Below are positions 54,300-64,000 of a stretch of DNA of 64,000 bases, piece by piece. Location of the stretch: NCBI RefSeq assembly GCF_009914755.1, contig NC_060934.1; one strand, 5' to 3'. The stretch's first letter is position 1. Each line of letters opens with the position of its first letter. The notes under the pieces were generated by a model. That model had not been told where the DNA came from. It was given only the letters and a program-made list of their open reading frames with translations, and did not search any database. Source of the stretch: the human T2T-CHM13v2.0 reference genome, Homo sapiens. The position numbers and the translations under genes are program-made.

Positions 54300-55000
54300 A
54301 GATGTACAAGCTGTCTCCAACCTGAGCCTTGCACATGCTGCTTCCTTTATGGGAATGCACTTTCCCAGACTCTTGACCTACTGAGCTCATTCTCAATTTT
54401 TAGGCCTCAGCTCAACTGCCACCTCTTCATGAAGCCCTTCATGGACAACCTCACAGAAAGTGACTCCTCAGTTATTCTTTCTTTCTTGTCCCTCTATTTA
54501 TTTCCTTCACAGCACTTAGCACAATCTATAATTATTTATTTATTTTTTTTTTTTTTTTTTGAGACAAAGTCTCACTCTATTGCCAGGCTGGAGTGCAGTG
54601 GTGCAATCTTGGCTCCCCGCAACCTCCGCCTCCTAGGTTCAAATGATTCTTCTGCCTCAGCCTGACAAGTAGCTGGGACTACAGATACGCGCCACCATGC
54701 CCAGCTTATTTTTGTATTTTTAATAGAGACGGGGTTTCACCATGTTGTTCAGGCTGGTCTCAATCTGTTGACCTCGTGATCCACCCACCTCGGCTTCCCA
54801 AAGTGCTGGGATTACAGGCGTGAGCCACCGCACCCAGCCTAATTATTTATTTGCTTGCTTATTAACTGTCTTGTTCACAAGAGTGAATGAAAGCTTCTTG
54901 AGGGCAGGAACTCAAGAAGGGCAGGAACTTTGTTTTGTTTAATCACCAACTTCCAATATAAGCATTCAATAAACATCTGTTGAATGCATGAATAAATAAA
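54300..55000 (+). mobile_element. L2 3' fragment split by an Alu
   Basis: cttgcacatgctgcttcc..cttgagggcagga..tcaataaacatctgttgaatg. Confidence 0.7.
54542..54839 (-). mobile_element. AluS
   Basis: TSD taattatttattt on both sides. Confidence 0.95.
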
Positions 55001-56184
55001 GGAGGCATTAATAACAATAGTGATGACAAAAATAACAGTTAACATTTACTGAGCACCTACCATGCACGAAGCACGCTAATGAGCAATCTATAGATAGCTC
55101 ATTTAATCCATGCAACAACTCTATGTGCTAAGTACTAGTTTACTAACCTTAGAAATAAGAAAACTGAGATGACGAATTGTTGTATCTTGCCCTGTGGTCA
55201 CACAATTTAGTGTGTGGGCAAGATAATCAAGGTAATCTCTTCAAGGTGGCCTAAAAGTTGGCAAAGAATGAAGATGGCAGATGGAGAAAACAGAAATAGT
55301 TATTTTACTTAACTTCTCTGCTTCCAACTTTTCTATTACCTTCCTCATCTCATTTTACTATTATAACTTTTCTTTTTCATCACCCCCTCCCCCAGTTATT
55401 CTTAACTACTGACTCTTTTCTCCTTGCCACTTGATCTGATTCAAAATAATTTCATGGGGTATCTTAATATTTACATGTAATATTTTAATATAAAACAATT
55501 AGTATTCAATAAGATATTACATAAAGACCCACAATTTTATTTTATAGTAAGATGGAATCTGCACCAGTAACTCTTGATCCCCCTTCCTTTCTTGCATAAT
55601 GACTCGCATAAGGCAGTCAGCTTACTTGTGGACTGTTTTAAATAAAAAGAAAATGAAGAAAAGGAAAATCTTCCTCCTCTTTCCTTTCTATCTCCTAAGA
55701 AGGTGGATAAGAGTATAAAATACTACCCAAGCCTATCTTTAAGAGCCCTTCTTTATTGTGTCTGAAAATTTGCTTTGGAGTATGAAATTTTAATTATGCC
55801 TTGGTATTGCTCAATTTCATACTGTTATGACACAATCCCTCCTAGTTCTTCCCATAACAGCTTATAGCTACAACCCCCCTCCAGGGAAAAAGCAGGTTTG
55901 GGCTCCTCACTCTTTCCAGACAAACAAGGCAACTTTCAGAGAGCTTTCTAAGCAGTTGAATCAGATAGCTACTACAACACTTCTAGTGGAGTCCCAAGAG
56001 GAAATTTTCTTGCCAACTTCAGAAACAGCTATTTGTCAGCACAAAACAGAATTCATTCTAAACTAAGAGGGGCAGAGCGGGGGGAATGCAACCTAGCAGA
56101 AATTCCTTTTCCTTACAGAGAAACTTTTCCTTTAAACAACATATAGAGTAAATTATAACTTTTTCTTTCTTCTTTCTCTCTCTC

Positions 56185-56377
56185 TCTTTCGAGACTTTGT
56201 CACCCAGGCTGGAGTAAAGCGTGATCTCGGCTCTCTGCACCCTCGACCTCCTGGGCTCAAGGGATCCTCCCGCCTCAGCCCCGGAAGCAGCTGGGACTAC
56301 AGGCCCATGCCACCATGCCTGGATAATTTTTTGTATTTTTTGTAGAGACAGTGTTTCACCATGTTGCCCAGGCTGGC
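56185..56377 (-). mobile_element. AluJ fragment
   Basis: Right arm and linker; truncated within the left arm. Confidence 0.88.
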
Positions 56378-56509
56378 ACTTTTTCTTTCAAAGTCAAGCG
56401 GAAACTCCAAATAAAAAGATTCCTTCTGATATGAACAAAGTTTGATGAAATTAATCATGGGAAGAAAAATTTTAGCCTACAATAAAGATTTAAAAGATTA
56501 TAAAGAAAT

Positions 56510-56835
56510 GGCCAGGCACAGTGACTCACGCCTGTAATCCCAGCACTTTGGGAGGCCAAGGTTGGTGGATCACTTGAGGTCAGGGGTTTAAGACCAGCCT
56601 GGCCAACATGACAAAACCCTGTCTCTAATAAAAATACAAAAATTAGCTGGGCGTGGTGGCGTGGTGGCGTGGGCCTGTAGTCACAGCTACTCGGGACTCT
56701 GAGGCATGAGAACCACCTGAACCCAGGAGACAGAGGTGGCAGTAAGCCAAGATTGCGAACACTGCACTCCAGCCTGGCTGACAGAGTGAGGCTCTGTCTC
56801 AAAACAATATAAAATAAAATAAAATAAAAATAAAA
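56510..56835 (+). mobile_element. AluS with (TAAAA)n tail
   Basis: Dimeric Alu. Confidence 0.95.
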
Positions 56836-57373
56836 GATTATTTTTAAAAAGCACATTAATAAAAATAATCACTAAAAATATAAGAAAAAGGGAAAAGAAA
56901 ACAAATTACACTTTTTAATATGCCAATCTCAAAGTGGCAAGTTCAAAGTGTGGATGCAGGTCAAAGCAACTGAACATAATTCAGACAAATAACCCACTAC
57001 AGTTTTGTCTGAATAACCCCAACATGAACTTAAAGTCTACACTCTTAGCTGTGAGGTACTAACTGAAATATGAGTCTAGATAACTGTCACATATATCTTC
57101 AAGGTAAGTATCAGGTGAAAGTGTTAGCTTAAGGGGGAGAAATAGAAGGATGATTTTCAATTGCCTGAATTTCTTTCTTTCTTTCCGTTTCTCTCCTATG
57201 TTAACCTTTCCATTATCTTTTTTCAACACCATTCGTAATTCAAGCAAAATCACTGAGTATGGAGACTTAACAAAATAATGTATTCATAGCAAAAAGATAT
57301 TCCTACAATCTAAATCAACATATATGTAAGAATCACAGGCTATTTTTAAGTAGATGGGAACAAAACTGTTATT

Positions 57374-57375
<2 letters not shown>

Positions 57376-57406
<31 letters not shown>

Positions 57407-57708
57407 AGATGGAGTTTCACTCTTGTTGCCCAGGCTGGAGTGCAGTGGCATGATCTAGGCTCACTGAAACCTCCACCTCCTTGGTTCAAGCGATTCTCCT
57501 GCCTCTGCCTCATGACTCCTGCCTCCGCCTCATGAGTAGCTGCGATTATAGGCGTCAGCCACCACGCCCTGCTAATTTTTGTATTTTTAATAGACACAGG
57601 GTTTCACCATGTTGGCTAGGCTAGTCTCAAACTCCTGACCTCAGGTGAACCGCCTGACTTGGCCTCCCAAAGTGCTGGGATTACAGGCGTGAGCCACCAC
57701 CCCCAGCC
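57376..57708 (-). mobile_element. AluS (Sq/Sp-like) with an internal 20-bp duplication
   Basis: gagtttcactcttgttgccc; ctcctgcctc(t/c)gcctcatga occurs twice at 57496-57535. Confidence 0.95.
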
Positions 57709-58145
57709 TAATTCATATTTTTATAATAAAATTTTAAATCTGTTAATTACAGGCGTGAGCCACCACACCCGGCTAATTCCTAATTTTTGAAAGTACATAT
57801 TATTAGATAATAAATTCAACAGCACCTAAAACAGAAGCATAAATGTTCTCTTTTTGAACATAAATTAATTTAGGGATTAGCCATTTTCACAGAGCAGATG
57901 AGTAGCCACTTTACAAATGGAGGGAATAAACTCATATAAAGTTAGAAAGGAACTGGGAAAATAACAAAGCTCTCAAATAACTCTAAGAATGTTTTCTTTC
58001 CAATCCAGATCTCTGATCACATTTTTTAAAAAGAAGGAAAAAAATAAAAACAAAGAGAGAGAGAAACCATGGAGTCTTTTCTTCCCGTAGCTGGCAGGAA
58101 GTAGGGTATATGATTTCTATGTAGCCTGACTCAGAATACTTTTCA

Positions 58146-58462
<317 letters not shown>

Positions 58463-59249
58463 TTATTAATCTATAGCAAAGAGTTATAAAGCTTCATTAT
58501 TAAATAAGTTTCTAGGTTCAAAAAGTGCTGCATATCATTTAAGTTAAAAATGTCATCATATTGTGTATATTAGAAAGCAAAGATATTTAAATTAACTTCT
58601 TTTTATATTATGGGAAGAAATTAGAACATGGTAATAAATAAGTAAAAAAAATATTTTTAAGATTTCACTAGCCAATCATGAGTAAAAGTTTTAAATTGTC
58701 TTCTTTGATTGTGATTTGGCAGTATCCATAAGAAAAACTTAATGCATATATACTCTTTAAGCAATTTCCCTTTTAGAAATCTTGTCCTATCAAAATACAT
58801 GGACAAATGCACAAAAGTACACACATAGTAATATTCCTTGCAGTATTGTTATTGTATTATTACTGACAGAGAAAAACCTAAAGAGAAGCAAAATGTACGC
58901 TGACAAATATCATAAATTTATTGATGAGGAAACTGAGGCTCACACTGGTCAGGTCACTAATACAGAGAGAAAGGCATACCACAATATGATCTGAATAGGC
59001 TCCTCTCAAAAGTACCTTCACTTTATTCCTCAAAGCTGAGGTCAAGTACCTTGAGGAAGCCCTCCTTGATGTCCCACTTCCCTCTGTATGTGAGAAGACC
59101 CTCCTATAAGCTTCCATACAAAAGTCAAACAATTTAGTATTTATAATGCTGTACTTTAATTAACAAAGACAGTGACTATGTTTTATATCTATTCCTCCAA
59201 GTGCTAAGCACAGTGTTAGCGCATTTTTTTTTTTTAACTTCTTTCTTCA

Positions 59250-60520
<1,271 letters not shown>

Positions 60521-60859
60521 TAGAAACTACCTAGGGGTAGCTCTCCTCTTCCAAGTCATCCCCCACAATAACACACATAATATGATCTCTGCCTTGTTCC
60601 CCACTCTCTTCTTCTTCCAAAGGTCTCTGGTTTATTTCTAAATATTTGCAGACTGTGGGAGAGTCCCTTGAATTCAGAGACATGGAGCTCCACTAACCTC
60701 ACTCCATGCCACTTGAGTCTTCTTCAGCTTTCCTCCACAAGTTTCATTACTTCTTCTGAGCTGTGATAGCCTCAGTTTCTGTCCCAAATCATTTGTGTCT
60801 CCTTCTACAAATGAAGACTATATATGACCCCACCTAATGCCATGTGATTTTCAGTGCCT

Positions 60860-61190
60860 ACCTATAGTCAGTTTATATTTCCCTGCTCAATTCTTAGGTT
60901 TGGTCATATCACTTGCCTAGACCAGTGAAATGTGACCAGAAACGTGACATATGTCAGTTCTGAGCAAAGGCTTTAAATGCATGTTTCCACTAGTTCTGTT
61001 GCTTTTTCCTTTGGTTATAATAAGAACAAGATGTCCCAAAGAAGGGTGTTTCCTTAGTCTGAATACTGGATGAAAAGAGAGGTAAGACAGAGCCCCAGCC
61101 AATTATAACATGTAACATATGAAAGAAACAAACCTTTGTTATTGTACATGTTATCCGAACATGTTAGTGCAGCATAACCTGGCAAAAATA
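60860..61190 (+). mobile_element. MLT1-family LTR fragment
   Basis: ccagtgaaatgtga..gaaagaaacaaacctttgttattgt..gcagcataacc. Confidence 0.55.
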
Positions 61191-61309
61191 CATGAGGATA
61201 AAAAGAGAATGAGAGAAATGTTATATTATTCACAGAAGATTTTTTCCAAAAGTAGCACCCAACTTCTTTTCCTTTAGAACTTGATTAATCTTAGTTTACT
61301 TAAAAAAAA

Positions 61310-61800
61310 AACACCCAAAAGAAATGAAAACATATGGCTACAAATATTTGTACATATATGTTCATAGCAGCATTATTCGTAACAGCCAAAAAGTGGAAAC
61401 AACCCAAATATCCATCAACTGATGATATAAAATGTTTATGTATACAATGGACTATTATTCAGTAATAAAATGAAGTACCAATAAATGCTACAACTTTTTG
61501 CAATGTGAAAGAAGCCAGTCACAAAAGACCACATATTATATGATTCCATTTATATGAAATGTCCAGAACAGGCAAATCTATAGAGACAGAAGGATATTAG
61601 CGTTTGCCTCAGCCAGATGGGTTGAAGGAAATGGGAAGTGACTGCTAAAAGACAGTTTCTTTCAGGGCTGATGAAGAATTTCAAATTGTGGTAATGGTTG
61701 CACAGCTCTGTGAACATGCTAAAAACCATACAACTGTGTACTTTAATTGGGTGAATTACATGGTATGTGAATTATGCCTCAATAAAGCTATTATTTTAAA
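61310..61800 (+). mobile_element. L1MB-like 3' end
   Basis: atgttcatagcagcattattcgtaacagccaaaaagtggaaacaacccaaat...atgtgaattatgcctcaataaagct. Confidence 0.88.
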
Positions 61801-62831
61801 AGTCTATGAATGAATGGTTTTAGAAAGTTAAGAAAACTGTAAAGGAAGTAACAAGTCAATTTTCTGCTCTAAAGTTGTTCAAGCTTTCTTTGCAAACTGG
61901 GAGTAACGACCTCCCTAAAAAACCCTAAGTACCTGGGAAAGTGGAGGCGCAAGTAGCAAACTTTAGAGAAAACATCAGAATAAAAGCTCAGATAAATTTT
62001 GCTTGAAAACGGATTCCAAACATAACCTTCAGATGAGGTGGAATAAAAAAATCAAATCCTTCAGAAAACAAAGAAAAGATAATGCAAAAACCTTTGTTAA
62101 ATGTCAAAGCAACCAATCACTATGAGTTGTGCAGTGAAGTTATACTTCATGGAGAGATGAAGAAGATACCTATCAAAGAGTGATACGGTCTCTGTAATAA
62201 AAATATCACGAGCATATACTACAGCAATGAAATCAAGAGTCAGATACTGACAGTTTTTCCTCAATAAGTAAATAACATGACTAAAAAATAGCAAGTCACT
62301 GATCTAATGAAAACAAAGAATGGAGACCAAAGGGCAGTAAGTTTGAGGATGGGAGCAAATCATGTAGTCTGCATAAGAAGATGAATTATCAACATGCTGT
62401 ACAGTTGTAAAAGTGACCATTCTCTGCCTTTAATATTCTATTCTCATCAGCAAGAAACAAGGGGCTTCAGATAAGCTTTACATATTTGAAAACAATCCCT
62501 TATCTGATTACTATTAAAATGTTTTATTTTTGCCCCTAGTGAAAAAAAGCTTCTACTTTCACATTTTCCACTTCCAAAACATGTAACATTTTTTAACCTT
62601 CCTGAAGAATGTTAAATTATATTTAATTTTGTCTTTCCTTAACTAAACAATGTCATCACTTTAAATATCATTACTATATAGCAAGGCCCTCAGGAGTTAA
62701 TGAGGTAAAAGTGTGGGGCCCCGACCCTACACCCCCTACCAAAAAACCTGGAAAATGTAGTGCCAAATTATGAAACCTGAATAAAAACAGACTAAAAAGA
62801 GATATATCACTCAAGTTTTCTAGGACTCCTA

Positions 62832-63530
62832 TTTTTTTTTTATTGTGGTAAGACCACTTAATATGAGATCTACCTTCTTAACAAATGTTTAAGTATACAG
62901 TACAGTGTTATTGTTAACTAACTATAACACAGTGTTACACAGATCTCTAGAACTTGTTTATCTTGCATAACTGAATCTTTACGTCCATTGAGCAACAACT
63001 CTCTGAAATTCCACCTCCCATGAGCCCCTGGGAACTACCATTCTACCCTCTGCTACTATGACTTTGATTATTGTAGATTCTTCTTATCACTAAAATCATA
63101 CAGTATTTGACCTTGTAATTAGCTTATTTCACTGACACAGTGTCCTCAAAGTTCATCCATGTTGTCATACATGACAGTATTTCCTTCTTTTTCTAAGTCT
63201 AAATAATATTCCATTGTATGTATATACCACATTTCCTTTATTCATCAATGGGACATCTAGGTTGATTCCACATCTTGGTTATTCTGAATAGTGCTGCAAT
63301 GAACACAGGAGTGCTAATGTCTCTTCAAGATGCTGATTTCAATTCTTTTGGATAAATACTCAGAAGCAGGATTGCTGGATCATATGGTAGTTCTCTTTTT
63401 AATTCTCTGAGGAACCTTCATACTATTTTCCATAGCAGCTGCACCATTTTGCATTCCCAACACCAGTAGGCAGACAAGGGTTCCGATTTCTCCACAGTCT
63501 CACACTTGTTATATTTTCTTTTCTGATAAT
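62832..63530 (-). mobile_element. L1MA-like 3' end
   Basis: agatctctagaacttgtttatcttgcataactgaa; ggattgctggatcatatggtagttct. Confidence 0.88.
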
Positions 63531-64000
63531 AGCTGTTAGTCTGGCTTTGCCTTTGGTGACCTGCCTTTAGTGGATGCACTAAAAAGTAGACAACAAAACT
63601 TCTAAACTTGTGTAAAATGTATAGGCAAGACTGACTAGAGACCAACATACTAATGTAGATCATGGCCTTCGTGTCAAGTGAAAAAAATTTACATTCTAGT
63701 CCCCATAGCAAAGATATAATGAAAAACAACAGTTTAGAGAATACTGAAGGGTATCCTTTCAGCCATGTCTGAAAGGCTATACACCCAAATACTAAGAAAA
63801 AAAGAAAAATCAAACAATTAAAAAACAAATTCAGAATTGAATCTCATTACCTCAAGCCCTGTTCATTAAGGATTTATAAATTCAAATGTCTGAACTTTAT
63901 TTTATGCAAATATTTAAAAAGCAAATTTATAAACATACACAATATCAAAGAAGACGTTAAAATATTTCAGAAGAAAATCATTATTGAATAAATCCTTTTG

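Overview
Primate (human-like) genomic DNA, AT-rich and dense in repeats (about 40 Alu-family copies or fragments, plus L1, L2, MIR, LTR and DNA-transposon relics). It is centred on one CpG island (~29.2-30.5 kb) that holds the first coding exon of JMJD1C on the minus strand (ATG at 29801, 56 codons MAVETRAELVGKRF...RNPDLA, GT donor at 29633). Positions 1-29633 are JMJD1C intron 1. The island also carries a 4-codon uORF and, from recalled annotation, the antisense lncRNA JMJD1C-AS1. No other protein-coding exon is supported; the remaining ORF-track entries are repeat-derived, GC shadow frames or short chance frames. I cannot support a new biological system here. The best leads are a set of templated-repair or template-switch scars (a 20.5-kb-distant copy of an Alu flank at 57.7 kb, a 52-bp inverted copy at 21.2/22.0 kb, several fold-back insertions), the uORF, a G4 motif beside the exon-1 donor, and a hairpin-masked candidate exon at 49.0 kb. 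Repeat families were called by eye from recalled consensus sequences, so boundaries are approximate and subfamilies need RepeatMasker confirmation.
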